In this document: one piece after another, positions 37,026 through 46,579 of the stretch
Position numbering within the stretch: position 1 is the first letter of the stretch
Layout: each line of letters begins with the position of its first letter
NCBI GenBank assembly: GCA_035455205.1
Contig: DATIFM010000008.1
Location: 13,146 to 77,145, forward strand
DNA: 64,000 nucleotides
Reading direction: 5' to 3'
Origin: Candidatus Bilamarchaeum sp.
GTDB lineage: Archaea; Micrarchaeota; Micrarchaeia; Anstonellales; Bilamarchaeaceae
Notes under the pieces: model-generated
The model's database searches: none
Told to the model about the DNA's origin: nothing
What the model saw: only the letters and a program-made list of their open reading frames with translations
Made by a program: the position numbers and the translations under genes

Positions 37026-38483
37026 ATGGATTTCAAGAGGCCTAATTTCACGAAAGTTTCGGATTACATCTGGGAAATAGGGACGGACTACAAGGAAGGG
37101 ATGAGGGTCCCGGCTAGGATTTACGCGAGCGAGTCAATCCTGAAGCAGATGGATTCGCACGTATACGACCAGATAACGAACGTCGCCACTTTGCCGGGCA
37201 TAGTGAAGCACGCATTGTGCATGCCGGACGGGCACAGCGGCTACGGCTTCCCCATCGGGGGCGTTGCAGCCATGGACGCGACCGAGGGCGTGATCAGCCC
37301 GGGAGGGATAGGCTTCGACATCAACTGCGGCATGAGGCTCATACTCACGAACCTGACACTGAAGGACGTCCAGCCGCATCTGAAGCAGCTTGTGAACAGG
37401 CTTTTCGAGCGCGTGCCAGCCGGCGTCGGGAGCAAGGGGTTCGTGAAGCTGGACGCCAACACGTTCCGCAGGGCGATAGAGGAAGGCGCCGAGTGGTGCG
37501 TGAAAGAGGGGTACGGCTGGAGCGACGACCTGGAAGTCACCGAGCTCAAGGGCCGCTTCGAGGGCGCGGACGAGAAGAAGGTCACGAACAGGGCTGTCGA
37601 AAGGGGGAAGGACCAGATAGGAACGCTCGGCTCGGGGAACCACTACCTCGAGATTCAGCATGTGCGGCCGGAGAACCTGATTGACAGGGCGCTCGCGAAG
37701 AAATGGGGCCTTTTCGAGGACCAGATAGTGATAATGTTCCACTGCGGCTCGCGGGGCTTCGGCCACCAGGTCGCGACAGACTACCTCAACGTTTTCCTGA
37801 ACGTCATGGAAAGCAAATACAAGATTAAGATACTCGACAGGGAGCTTGCATGCGCGCCGTTCAACTCGCCGGAGGGCCAGGACTATTTCTCGGCGATGAA
37901 GTGCGGCGTGAACATGAGCTTTGCCAACAGGCAGACCATCGTCCACCGCCTGCGGGAGGTGTTCTCGGAAGTCTTCAGGACCGACGCGGAAAAACTGGGC
38001 ATGAGGCAGGTCTACGATGTCGCCCACAACCGGGCGTCGCTGGAAAAGCACCTCGTGGATGGAGCATGGCGCGAAGTGATAGTCCACAGGAAGGGAGCCA
38101 CGGCGGCATACGGCCCCGGGAGCGAATACCTGATGGAGAGATACCGGGAGGACGGCCAGCCGGTCATAATCGGCGGGAGCATGGAAACGGGCTCCTATTT
38201 GCTTGCCGGGACGAAGGAAGGCGCCGCCACATGGTACACCACCGCGCACGGGAGCGGCAGGACGATGTCCCGTACGGAGGCCAAGAGGAGATGGAAGGGC
38301 GAGACGCTCCAGAAGGACATGGAGAAGAAGGGCATACTTGTCAAGAGCGTATCCTATGCCGGCCTCGCCGAGGAGGCCGGAGGGGCGTACAAGGACATAG
38401 ACGAAGTCATAAACGCCACGCACGAGGCGGGCATCTCGAGAAAAGTCGCCAAGCTGATTCCGATAGGGAACGTCAAGGGCTAG
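37026..38483 (+). CDS. rtcB: RNA-splicing ligase RtcB (tRNA exon ligase)
   Basis: RtcB hallmark segments GGIGFDINCGMRL, GSGNHYLEIQ, HCGSRGFGHQ, AHNRA, AHGSGR. Confidence 0.92.
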   Translation: MDFKRPNFTKVSDYIWEIGTDYKEGMRVPARIYASESILKQMDSHVYDQITNVATLPGIVKHALCMPDGHSGYGFPIGGVAAMDATEGVISPGGIGFDINCGMRLILTNLTLKDVQPHLKQLVNRLFERVPAGVGSKGFVKLDANTFRRAIEEGAEWCVKEGYGWSDDLEVTELKGRFEGADEKKVTNRAVERGKDQIGTLGSGNHYLEIQHVRPENLIDRALAKKWGLFEDQIVIMFHCGSRGFGHQVATDYLNVFLNVMESKYKIKILDRELACAPFNSPEGQDYFSAMKCGVNMSFANRQTIVHRLREVFSEVFRTDAEKLGMRQVYDVAHNRASLEKHLVDGAWREVIVHRKGATAAYGPGSEYLMERYREDGQPVIIGGSMETGSYLLAGTKEGAATWYTTAHGSGRTMSRTEAKRRWKGETLQKDMEKKGILVKSVSYAGLAEEAGGAYKDIDEVINATHEAGISRKVAKLIPIGNVKG

Positions 38484-38932
38484 TTACCCTTCAATGCGGC
38501 CGCGAAGTCCCTTTCCTTTTTCGGGTCGTCCATGGAGGCGAAATCCTGAATCAGGACGCCTGCCATCACGACGGCATGGTTCGAGTCGGGCTGGAACTTA
38601 GTCACGTTGTCCGCAATCGCATCGATTACGAAGAGCGGGTCGTGGAGATTACCCACTTTAAGCATGACGATGTCGAGGAAGCGGCAGAGGTCGGTGACGT
38701 CGAAGCGCTCGAGCGACACGAGTTTTCTTGCAAGGCCCTCGATATGCTCCCCGGAGCAGCCCATATAGGCAAGCTGGAGGGCGAAAACCTCGAGCTTTCT
38801 CGAAACAACTGCCTTGGCCATCAGCTGGAGCTGGTCCTCGGGGTCATAGAGCTTGTCGAGGAGGACTTCCCGCTCCCGGACCCTGAACCGGATGGAAACG
38901 CTCTCCTTCCTGAGGGGCCCGACTAGCTTCAT
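38480..38932 (-). CDS. hypothetical protein, paralog A of a tandem pair
   Basis: Shares blocks with the adjacent gene (RKLVS..R.D...(I/L)C.FLD). Confidence 0.4.
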   Translation of the reverse strand: MKLVGPLRKESVSIRFRVREREVLLDKLYDPEDQLQLMAKAVVSRKLEVFALQLAYMGCSGEHIEGLARKLVSLERFDVTDLCRFLDIVMLKVGNLHDPLFVIDAIADNVTKFQPDSNHAVVMAGVLIQDFASMDDPKKERDFAAALKGN

Positions 38933-39388
38933 TCAGATACCAGACTCCAGGCTCTTAATGAGAATCTGCTCGCGGGGCGTTCCCTGCGACGTGCGCGCTT
39001 CCTCGAAAAGCTGGAACGAGCGCATGGAGCGCTGGGAATGCGTGGTCTCCATTGCGGTGCGCGATGAAATCAGCTCTATCCACTGGACGGGCTTATCCAG
39101 CCGGTCCGCGAACATCAGAGCGGTGTCGAGAAAGTCGCATATAGAGGAGAGGTCTAGCCGGTCGCTCGAAACGAGCTTCCTGATGACCCGCTCGATTTCG
39201 CGGCTGTCCTCGCCCTTGCGCTGGAGCGCGTGCGTAAGCGACCGGATGCACCGCTCGGTCTCGATTTTCGCGACTATCCCGTGCGCGAAGTCGAAAGATT
39301 CGATACGGTCCACGAGGACGGTCTGTCCGTTCAGGCTGAAAGAAAGTGTCATGCTGGGCGGCTGCGCCCGGGCCTTGCTTGCCCTCAT
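38933..39388 (-). CDS. hypothetical protein, paralog B of a tandem pair
   Basis: REIERVIRKLVSSDRLDLSSICDFLDTALMF aligns with EHIEGLARKLVSLERFDVTDLCRFLDIVML of paralog A. Confidence 0.4.
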   Translation of the reverse strand: MRASKARAQPPSMTLSFSLNGQTVLVDRIESFDFAHGIVAKIETERCIRSLTHALQRKGEDSREIERVIRKLVSSDRLDLSSICDFLDTALMFADRLDKPVQWIELISSRTAMETTHSQRSMRSFQLFEEARTSQGTPREQILIKSLESGI

Positions 39389-39450
39389 ACTCCCACCAGG
39401 GAGGAGTTTGCCTCTATGCGCTTTTAAACCATAGCATTTCCATTAGCACC

Positions 39451-40326
39451 ATGAAGGTCCCGCTAACGATAATCACTGGCTACCTCGGAGCAGGGAAGAC
39501 CACACTGCTCAGGAGGATAGTCGAGGAGAGCGGGAGGAAAATCGCCATCCTGATGAACGAGTTCGGCGACATCGCCATAGACAGCAGGGTCGTCCAAGGG
39601 AGGAACATCATGATGGCCGAGCTCGCCGGCGGGTGCGTCTGCTGCTCGCTCTCGGGCGAGTTCGAGCATGCGATAAAGGAGATTCTTGAAACCGTGAAGC
39701 CGGAGTGGATAATAGTCGAGACCACCGGGGTAGCCGAGCCTGCGGCCCTGGCCGAGGACGTCGTGGAGAACATTGCCGGAGTCAGGCTGGATGCCATCGT
39801 CACGATTGCCGACTGCGACTCCCTTACGAGGTTCCCGAGCCTCGGGCACACCGGGCGCGAGCAGATTGAACTGGCCGACACGATAATACTGAACAAGATA
39901 GACCTCGTCGATGACATGGGCCTCGGCAAGTGCAGGGAGAAAGTCATCGGCATAAACAACAGGGCGCTCATCATCGAGGCGGTCATGTGCGAGTTCGACA
40001 CGGAAATCCTTTTCGGGGTGGGGCGGACCGCGCCCGTGAAGGGGCACAGGACGCACAAAATCGAGTTCGAGTACTTCGAGTTCGTCTCGCCAGCGAGGCT
40101 GGACAGGGAGAAAGTTATCGCCGTCATCGAATCGCTCCCCCCGGAGATATACAGGTGCAAGGGGTTCTTCGCGACGAGCGAGCGGGGGTATTTCGTCAAT
40201 TATGTGGCGGGCCGGCATTCGATAGAGGAATACGACTGCTACAGGACGGAGCTTGTTTTCATAGGAAAGGGCATCGCGAAGCTGAGGGAGCAGGTCTGGA
40301 AGTCGCTCTGGCAGTGCATTATATAG
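39451..40326 (+). CDS. COG0523-family (CobW/YjiA/ZigA-like) metallochaperone GTPase
   Basis: Walker A GYLGAGKTTLL, metal-binding GGCVCCS motif, NKIDL G4 motif, CobW C-terminal domain. Confidence 0.8.
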   Translation: MKVPLTIITGYLGAGKTTLLRRIVEESGRKIAILMNEFGDIAIDSRVVQGRNIMMAELAGGCVCCSLSGEFEHAIKEILETVKPEWIIVETTGVAEPAALAEDVVENIAGVRLDAIVTIADCDSLTRFPSLGHTGREQIELADTIILNKIDLVDDMGLGKCREKVIGINNRALIIEAVMCEFDTEILFGVGRTAPVKGHRTHKIEFEYFEFVSPARLDREKVIAVIESLPPEIYRCKGFFATSERGYFVNYVAGRHSIEEYDCYRTELVFIGKGIAKLREQVWKSLWQCII

Positions 40327-40464
40327 TTTCGCGCGAAAGAAAATGCGGATGAACCGGAGCCCCGATGATTTGGATAATACCCAAGCTTATGAGGGGCCGA
40401 GGGGACTGGTTTTTGTCCACTGAAAAACCCATTCCGGGTTTTTGTGGACATCAGGGAGATACTG

Positions 40465-40896
40465 ATGCCTTTCAAATTCATAGACGGGGTTGCCATCGCG
40501 GACGTCGCCTTCGAAGCGAGGGGAAAGACCATCGAGGCGATGTTCATAAGCGCGGGGGAAGCCCTCATGAACACGCAGGTGAAGGACCTCAGGTCCATCG
40601 GGGCGAAAGTGGAGAAAAGGTTCTCGCTCGAGAACAAGGACGAGGAGAGGCTCCTTCACGACTTTCTTCAGGAGCTGATTTTCCTCAAGGATGCGGAACT
40701 GCTACTTTTCAGGGAATACGAGGTTGAGATAGCAAAAAAAGAGGGCGGCTTCAGGCTCAGTGCGAGCCTCAGGGGCGAGCAAATCGACCAGAAAAAGCAC
40801 GAGCTCCTCGTGGACGTGAAAGCGGTCAGCTGGCACATGTTCAAGATTGAAAAGACGAAAACAGGCTGGAAGTGCTTCGTCATCCTCGACGTATAA
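40465..40896 (+). CDS. archease (RtcB activator)
   Basis: MPFKFIDGVAIADVAFEARG N-terminus and overall about 140-aa archease layout. Confidence 0.85.
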   Translation: MPFKFIDGVAIADVAFEARGKTIEAMFISAGEALMNTQVKDLRSIGAKVEKRFSLENKDEERLLHDFLQELIFLKDAELLLFREYEVEIAKKEGGFRLSASLRGEQIDQKKHELLVDVKAVSWHMFKIEKTKTGWKCFVILDV

Positions 40897-41215
40897 GAAT
40901 CTCACCGGCGAGCCCCTTTACGATTGGAGAGGACGGATCTGCCGAAAGCTGCCTCAGGATGGGCGCGGAAAACGACGAGAGCCTGAATTCGAGCGCCCTG
41001 AGCGCCTCTTCCTTCGTCTCCGGATAAGGCGTATTTCCGGCCACGAAAGAGAGCGAGTCGATGTCATGCAGGCCGCAAAGGGCAAGGTGGCGCTCGTCCT
41101 TTCCGGCCGAGAAAGCCGCGCTCTCCCGCGCCTGTGAGAACCGCTCGGCCGAAGGGGACTTCGAGCGGAACCCGTCAGCAGCCTCATGAACCGGGATCCT
41201 CATCGCTAGTGCCAT
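40880..41215 (-). CDS. hypothetical protein (111 aa)
   Basis: ORF only. Confidence 0.25.
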   Translation of the reverse strand: MALAMRIPVHEAADGFRSKSPSAERFSQARESAAFSAGKDERHLALCGLHDIDSLSFVAGNTPYPETKEEALRALEFRLSSFSAPILRQLSADPSSPIVKGLAGEILIRRG

Positions 41216-41219
41216 GATT

Positions 41220-42080
41220 TCACCTGCTTATCGCCGTGCCGGCTTTTCCGGCAAGGGCTTCGCGAATATTGCCTATCGAGCAGATTACGGCTTTTCCGCC
41301 ATGCCTGGCGAACCGGACTGCTGCCTCAACTTTCGGCTTCATGCTCCCCTCGGCGAATTCGCCGGAGCGCAGAAGCCTTTCCATCTCAGCGGCCCGCGCC
41401 CTGCGTATGGGGATTTTCGCGCCTGAAAAGTCGCGGTATGCGCAGTCGACGGAAGTGATGAAGACCAGGAGGTCTGCTTTCACCGTCGATGCAAGGAGCG
41501 ACGAGAAATCGTCCTTGTCAATGACCGCCTCGAGCCCCCGGCCGCCTTTTGCGACGGGTATACCCCCGCCTCCCCCGCAAACCACTGCAAAGCCCGCGCG
41601 CATGAGCGTGATTATCGCGTCCTTTTCAAGTATCCCGAGCGCCTTGGGCGAGGGGACGACGAGCCGGTAGCCCCGGCCGGAGTCCATGACATACTTTCCT
41701 TTGGGCTTCTTCGCGTAGAACGGCCCGACGGGCTTCGTGGGGTGCCTGAAGGCGGGGTCTTTCTCGCTGACGACTACGCGCGTGAGGACGGCTGCCGATT
41801 TGCGCGGAAGAGCGCCCTGCATGAAATAGCCTATCTCGCCCTGCGTCATGGCATCGAGGACATCAAGCGGCATCTCGGGGACTTTCCGCGTCGCGTGCTG
41901 CTGGAGGAGGAGCGAGCCGACCTGCGGCCCGTTCCCGTGCGTGAGGGCGACCTCGTGGGAGCGGAGCAGCCCGGAAAGCCTGCGCAGCGCGCTTTTCGCG
42001 GCTTTCCTCTGCTCCGCCGCGGTCCCGGCGGCACCTTTTGGGAGTAGGGCATTCCCGCCAAGTGCGATGACGACGCGCAT
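41220..42080 (-). CDS. arcC: carbamate kinase
   Basis: MRVVIALGGNALL N-terminus, HGNGPQVG, and the carbamate kinase C-terminal glycine-rich region VVCGGGGGIPV. The upstream part of track ORF 41220..43589 is antisense to the next gene. Confidence 0.8.
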   Translation of the reverse strand: MRVVIALGGNALLPKGAAGTAAEQRKAAKSALRRLSGLLRSHEVALTHGNGPQVGSLLLQQHATRKVPEMPLDVLDAMTQGEIGYFMQGALPRKSAAVLTRVVVSEKDPAFRHPTKPVGPFYAKKPKGKYVMDSGRGYRLVVPSPKALGILEKDAIITLMRAGFAVVCGGGGGIPVAKGGRGLEAVIDKDDFSSLLASTVKADLLVFITSVDCAYRDFSGAKIPIRRARAAEMERLLRSGEFAEGSMKPKVEAAVRFARHGGKAVICSIGNIREALAGKAGTAISR

Positions 42081-42131
42081 GGACTTGAATTCCAGGGATA
42101 GAATAAAAAACGGGTAGGGCGATATTGCTCC

Positions 42132-43436
42132 ATGAGAAGAAAAGTGCTCATTCTCGGCGCTGCCGGACGGGATTTCCATAATTTCAACATGTTCTTCAGG
42201 GACAACGAGAACTACGAAGTGGTGGGCTTCACCGCGACTCAGATACCGAACATCTCCAACCGGAGGTATCCGCCTGAGCTTGCCGGGAAGCTTTACCCGA
42301 AGGGAATACCGATTTACGAGGAGAAGGAAATGGAGTCGCTCCTCGAGAAGCACTCGATAGACTGGGTATATTTCTCGTACTCGGACGTCTCGCACGAGTA
42401 CGTTATGCACCTTGCATCGCGGGCGCAGGCCAAGGGCGCGAGCTTCGTCCTTTTGGGGCCCCACCTGACTCAGCTGAAAAGCACGAAGAAGGTCATTTCG
42501 GTGACCGCGGTCAGGACGGGGGCGGGAAAGAGCACGCTCAGCAGGGCGATATCGGACATTCTCACAAGGAAGAAGGTGCGCTTCGCGATTGTCAGGCACC
42601 CGATGCCCTACGGGGACCTCGTGAGGCAGAGGTGCCAGAGGTTCGCGAGCTTCAAGGACCTCGACGATGCCAAGTGCACGATCGAGGAGAGGGAGGAATA
42701 CGAGCCTCACATCAAGAACGGCCATGTCGTTTTCGCGGGCGTGGACTATGCCGAGATACTGAAGGCGGCTGAGAAGGAGGCGGACGTCATACTCTGGGAC
42801 GGCGGGAACAACGACCTGCCGTTCATCGCGCCAGACCTCAACATAGTCATCGCGGACGCCCTGAGGCCCGGCCACGAGACCCTTTATTACCCGGGCGAAT
42901 CCAACTTCCGCTCGGCCCAGATCATCGTGATAAACAAGACGAGCGAGAATCCGATGGACGTAAAGCGCATAATGAAGAACGTCGAGAAATTGAACCCTAA
43001 GGCGCGGGTCATCGAGGCGGACATGGATCTGATTCCGGACAAGGAAGTCAATGTCTGGGGCAAGAAGGCGATAGTCATCGAGGACGGCCCCACCGTGACC
43101 CATGGGGGGATGAAGTTCGGTGCGGGCTTCGAGTACGCCGCAAGGAGCGGCGCCGTCGTGATTGACCCGCACGAGTTCGCGGTCGGCAGCATAAAGAAAC
43201 TGTATTCCGATTTCGACCACCTGCGGGAGGTCCTCCCGGCGATGGGCTATTACGACGAGCAGCTTAAGGAGCTCGCTGAAACGATCGAGAGGAGCGGGGC
43301 CGAGGTCGTGATTTCCGGCACCCCCGTCGACCTGGGCAACCTGCTGAAAGTGAAGATACCGATAATCCACGTGAACTACTCGCTCGTGGAGAGGTCGGGA
43401 AGCCTCGAGAAGGAGATTGCGGCGTTCCTGAAATAG
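42132..43436 (+). CDS. P-loop protein of the cyclic 2,3-diphosphoglycerate synthetase-like (COG2403-type) family
   Basis: Rossmann-like N-terminus KVLILGAAGRDFHNFN, central Walker A VRTGAGKSTLSRAI; length 434 aa. Family call is from memory of the architecture, not from a search. Confidence 0.4.
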   Translation: MRRKVLILGAAGRDFHNFNMFFRDNENYEVVGFTATQIPNISNRRYPPELAGKLYPKGIPIYEEKEMESLLEKHSIDWVYFSYSDVSHEYVMHLASRAQAKGASFVLLGPHLTQLKSTKKVISVTAVRTGAGKSTLSRAISDILTRKKVRFAIVRHPMPYGDLVRQRCQRFASFKDLDDAKCTIEEREEYEPHIKNGHVVFAGVDYAEILKAAEKEADVILWDGGNNDLPFIAPDLNIVIADALRPGHETLYYPGESNFRSAQIIVINKTSENPMDVKRIMKNVEKLNPKARVIEADMDLIPDKEVNVWGKKAIVIEDGPTVTHGGMKFGAGFEYAARSGAVVIDPHEFAVGSIKKLYSDFDHLREVLPAMGYYDEQLKELAETIERSGAEVVISGTPVDLGNLLKVKIPIIHVNYSLVERSGSLEKEIAAFLK

Positions 43437-43437
43437 G

Positions 43438-43944
43438 CTACTTGTTCTCGCCCTTGTATTTTCCCTCGTAGAGCGAGCTTGCGCCCTCGGCAAGGCGCAT
43501 GAAGACCATCTGCCCGATTTTCGCGTTCCGCTTGAAAGTGACTCCGTGCTCGTTCCTGACGACGAGGAGCGCCTCGCTCCTCCCTTCATATCCCGGGTCC
43601 CAGACCGCGCATTCTAGGGTGACGCCGCAGCGCAGGAGCGAAGAGCGGGGGAGGCAGAGCCCCGCGACGTCCTTCGGAATCCGGACGTACTCGTTGAATA
43701 CGACCTTGTATGCCCCGGGCTTCAGGGTCACGCGGTCGCCGCCTGCGGCCCCCGCCCCGCCATCGAACGGTATCGGGTCGACGTCGCTTATCTTCCGCTC
43801 CTTGTTGTCGAAGTCTATGACGCCTGCGTTCCTGAACAGGTAAACTTCCTTCAGCGTGATGTCGATTCCGCAGGGCTGGTACTGGCTGCTGTGCAGGTTC
43901 TCGAAAATCTTCGCCTCCTCAAGGTGCTGTTTGGGCAGAATCAT
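43438..43944 (-). CDS. dcd: dCTP deaminase / dUTPase-family protein
   Basis: 168 aa beta-barrel dUTPase-like protein; GIDITL...LCLPRSSL...G.VDPGY-type segments (CGIDITL, GLCLPRSSLLRCG, VWDPGYEG). Confidence 0.7.
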   Translation of the reverse strand: MILPKQHLEEAKIFENLHSSQYQPCGIDITLKEVYLFRNAGVIDFDNKERKISDVDPIPFDGGAGAAGGDRVTLKPGAYKVVFNEYVRIPKDVAGLCLPRSSLLRCGVTLECAVWDPGYEGRSEALLVVRNEHGVTFKRNAKIGQMVFMRLAEGASSLYEGKYKGENK

Positions 43945-43991
43945 GATGTGGATTCCTCGGCAACGTTTTTATTAGTTAGACAAGTTTCCCA

Positions 43992-45467
43992 ATGGTGAGG
44001 GAAATGGCAAGGAAGTACAGGATGCTTATAGGCGGCGAGTGGGTAACCGGGGAAAGCTGGTTCGACAGCATAAACCCGGCAAGCGAGGAGCACCTCGCGA
44101 GCTTCCCGAGCGCGACGAAGGATGACCTGAACAGGGCGGTCGACGCGGCGGAGGATGCCTTCCCGAAGTGGGCCATGACGCCCCCTCCGGCCCGGGGAAG
44201 GATTCTTTTGAAGGCGGCCACGCTCCTGCGGGAAAGGAAGGAGAAGCTGGGGCGGCTCGTCGCGACCGAAATGGGGAAGGTGATGAGCGAGGCGCTCGGG
44301 GACGTCCAGGAGGCGATAGACTGCTTCGAGTATTTCGCCGGGGAGGGAAGAAGGCTTTTCGGGAACACGACTACGAGCGAGCTCAGGAGAAAATTCTGCA
44401 TGACGGTACGGAGGCCGGTCGGGGTCGTCGGCCTCATCACCCCGTGGAACTTCCCGACGGCAATACCGGCATGGAAGCTCGGACCCGCCCTCGTGTGCGG
44501 GAACACGGTCGTATTCAAGCCCAGCTCGGACACCCCGCTTTGCGCGTATGAGATTGTCAGGATACTCGGGGAGGCAGGAGTCCCGCCGGGGGTCGTGAAT
44601 TTCGTCACCGGGAGCGCAAGCACCGTGGGCGAGGGGATGGTGAAGCACCACAAGATACAGGGAATCTCGTTCACGGGCTCGAGGGCAACGGGGGAGTGGA
44701 TAACCAAAAACGCCGGCCTCAAGAAGGTCGGGCTCGAACTCGGCGGCAAGAACCCGATAATAGTGATGGACGATGCGGACCTCGCGCTCGCCGTCGACGG
44801 AATCATCTGGGGCGCGTTCGGCACCACGGGGCAGAGGTGCACTGCGGCAAGCCGCGTCATAGCAGAGGAGAGCATCAAGGACAGGCTCCTCGAGATGCTC
44901 GTCGCGAGGGCGCAAAAGCTCAGGCTCGGCCCGGGAACCGAGAAGACTACGGACGTCGGCCCGCTGATAAACGCCGCGGCGCTCGAGAAGACCGCGAGAT
45001 ATGTCGAGATAGGGCAGGACGAAGGCGCGAAGCTCGCCTGCGGCGGGAAGAAAAGGGGCGGCAAGGGGTTCTTCTACGTGCCGACGATATTCGACGAAGC
45101 CGAGAAGGACATGAGGATTGCCAAGGAGGAGATTTTCGGTCCGGTCCTTTCCGTCCTGGAGGCGGACGGCCTCGAAGAGGCGGTGGAGATCGCGAACTCG
45201 GTCGAGTACGGCCTCAGCTCGGCGATATACACGAGGGACATCTCGAACGCGTTCCGGGCAATCGAGGGGATAGAGGCCGGGATTACATACGTGAATGCGA
45301 GCACTATCGGCGCGGAGGTCCATCTTCCGTTCGGGGGGGTTAAGGGGACCGGCCACACGAGGGAAGCCGGCATAATGGGCATAGACGAGTTCTCGAACGT
45401 GAAGAGCGTGTATGTCGACTATTCCGGCAGGCTGCAGAAGGCGCAGATTGACGTTAAGGAGGATTAG
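43992..45467 (+). CDS. NAD(P)-dependent aldehyde dehydrogenase
   Basis: ELGGKNP glutamate motif and catalytic Cys motif FGTTGQRCTAASR; GSxxxG cofactor region FTGSRATG. Confidence 0.9.
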   Translation: MVREMARKYRMLIGGEWVTGESWFDSINPASEEHLASFPSATKDDLNRAVDAAEDAFPKWAMTPPPARGRILLKAATLLRERKEKLGRLVATEMGKVMSEALGDVQEAIDCFEYFAGEGRRLFGNTTTSELRRKFCMTVRRPVGVVGLITPWNFPTAIPAWKLGPALVCGNTVVFKPSSDTPLCAYEIVRILGEAGVPPGVVNFVTGSASTVGEGMVKHHKIQGISFTGSRATGEWITKNAGLKKVGLELGGKNPIIVMDDADLALAVDGIIWGAFGTTGQRCTAASRVIAEESIKDRLLEMLVARAQKLRLGPGTEKTTDVGPLINAAALEKTARYVEIGQDEGAKLACGGKKRGGKGFFYVPTIFDEAEKDMRIAKEEIFGPVLSVLEADGLEEAVEIANSVEYGLSSAIYTRDISNAFRAIEGIEAGITYVNASTIGAEVHLPFGGVKGTGHTREAGIMGIDEFSNVKSVYVDYSGRLQKAQIDVKED

Positions 45468-45468
45468 C

Positions 45469-45996
45469 ATGGTTGCAAAAAAGCTCTACCTGCTCCAGAT
45501 CGAGCAGGACGGGATTCCGGACGACGTTTACCATTTCCTGCCCGAAGGCGAGCAGAAGATGCTCGTCGAGAAAGGCGGCAGGTTCTATTTGAGGGATGAG
45601 CACCGCAAAAAGCTCAAGGTCGTGCTGACCGGAGGGGCCTTCGACGTCCTGCACATCGGGCACCTCTTCACGCTCAGCGAAGCGAAGAAGTACGGGGACG
45701 TGCTCGTCGTCGCCGTAGCCAAGGACGAGCACATAAAGAAGAAGGGCAGGGAGCCCATACACAGCCTTGAATACAGGAAGATGATGGTCGGGGCGATGAA
45801 GATGGTCGACATGGCCATCGGCGGCTTCGAGGACCCGAAAAAGATGCTGAAGCTCGTCCAGCCGCAGGTAATTGTCTATGGCTACGACCAGAAGGAGTTC
45901 CTGAAGCCCGAAGGCGTGCAGGTCGTGAAGCTCGAGCGCAAGATAGACGACTCGAAGTTCAAGAGCGGGAAGATACTGGAAAGCCTCGGCCTCTAG
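45469..45996 (+). CDS. cytidylyltransferase-family nucleotidyltransferase (RibL/FAD synthetase-like) with N-terminal extension
   Basis: AGGAGGA RBS before ATG 45469; (H/T)xGH motif VLTGGAFDVLHIGH. Confidence 0.55.
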   Translation: MVAKKLYLLQIEQDGIPDDVYHFLPEGEQKMLVEKGGRFYLRDEHRKKLKVVLTGGAFDVLHIGHLFTLSEAKKYGDVLVVAVAKDEHIKKKGREPIHSLEYRKMMVGAMKMVDMAIGGFEDPKKMLKLVQPQVIVYGYDQKEFLKPEGVQVVKLERKIDDSKFKSGKILESLGL

Positions 45997-46015
45997 GCAA
46001 ATTTATAAAGATTGT

Positions 46016-46417
46016 TTGAGGGGGTATTCCATGTTCATAGGTCAGTTCAAGCCGATGCAGATGAAAGAGCCCGGCGAGGGGGAGAAGGAGCCGGAAACGA
46101 AGCAGGAGAAGGCTCCGGAGGCTGCGAGGTCGAATTCTTCGGAGGAATTCCTCAAGACGCCCGAGGCCAAGGAGTTCGTGAATAAATGGTCCGGAAAGAT
46201 GAAGGACGGCAAGCCGGTAGTGACCAAGCGGGGCGTCACCGAGATGCTCGGCACGCTCCACAGGAATTCGGCGCTCTCGGACAAGGACGTCATGAAGGAG
46301 ACCGACAGGGTCCTCATGAGGCTCACGGGGCTAGACGGGTTCAGCAGCACCATTAACAGCCTGAAGGCGAAAGCCGAGGGCATATTCAAGGGCCTTAAGC
46401 AGGCATTGGGTGGCTAA
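46016..46417 (+). CDS. hypothetical protein (133 aa, Lys/Glu-rich)
   Basis: ORF only. Confidence 0.35.
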   Translation: MRGYSMFIGQFKPMQMKEPGEGEKEPETKQEKAPEAARSNSSEEFLKTPEAKEFVNKWSGKMKDGKPVVTKRGVTEMLGTLHRNSALSDKDVMKETDRVLMRLTGLDGFSSTINSLKAKAEGIFKGLKQALGG

Positions 46418-46542
46418 TGGCAGAGAACTATGCGCACTATGTGAAACAGGGCATATGCCCCAGCTGCAAAAACAAGCTCGCGCACAAGGAAGGGTGCGTC
46501 GAGTGCGAGTTCTGCGGGTGGAGCATATGCGAAGAATCATAG
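46417..46542 (+). CDS. mini zinc-ribbon protein (41 aa; MAENYAHYVKQGICPSCKNKLAHKEGCVECEFCGWSICEES)
   Basis: Start overlaps the upstream stop (TAATG); two CxxC-like pairs; below the ORF-track size cut-off. Confidence 0.3.
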   Translation: MAENYAHYVKQGICPSCKNKLAHKEGCVECEFCGWSICEES

Positions 46543-46550
46543 TTTTTAAA
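46538..46550 (+). promoter_or_regulatory. putative archaeal TATA box (TTTTAAATGA) about 30 nt upstream of tRNA-Asn
   Basis: AT-rich element at canonical spacing from the tRNA 5' end. Confidence 0.3.
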
Positions 46551-46579
46551 TGATTGTCAATGAATAAGCTCTACTATTT

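Noticed and set aside
42081-43589. Upstream 500 codons of track ORF 41220..43589 (789 aa).
   Set aside because: Antisense to the P-loop gene 42132..43436. Carbamate kinase has its canonical MRVVIALGGNALL N-terminus at 42080.
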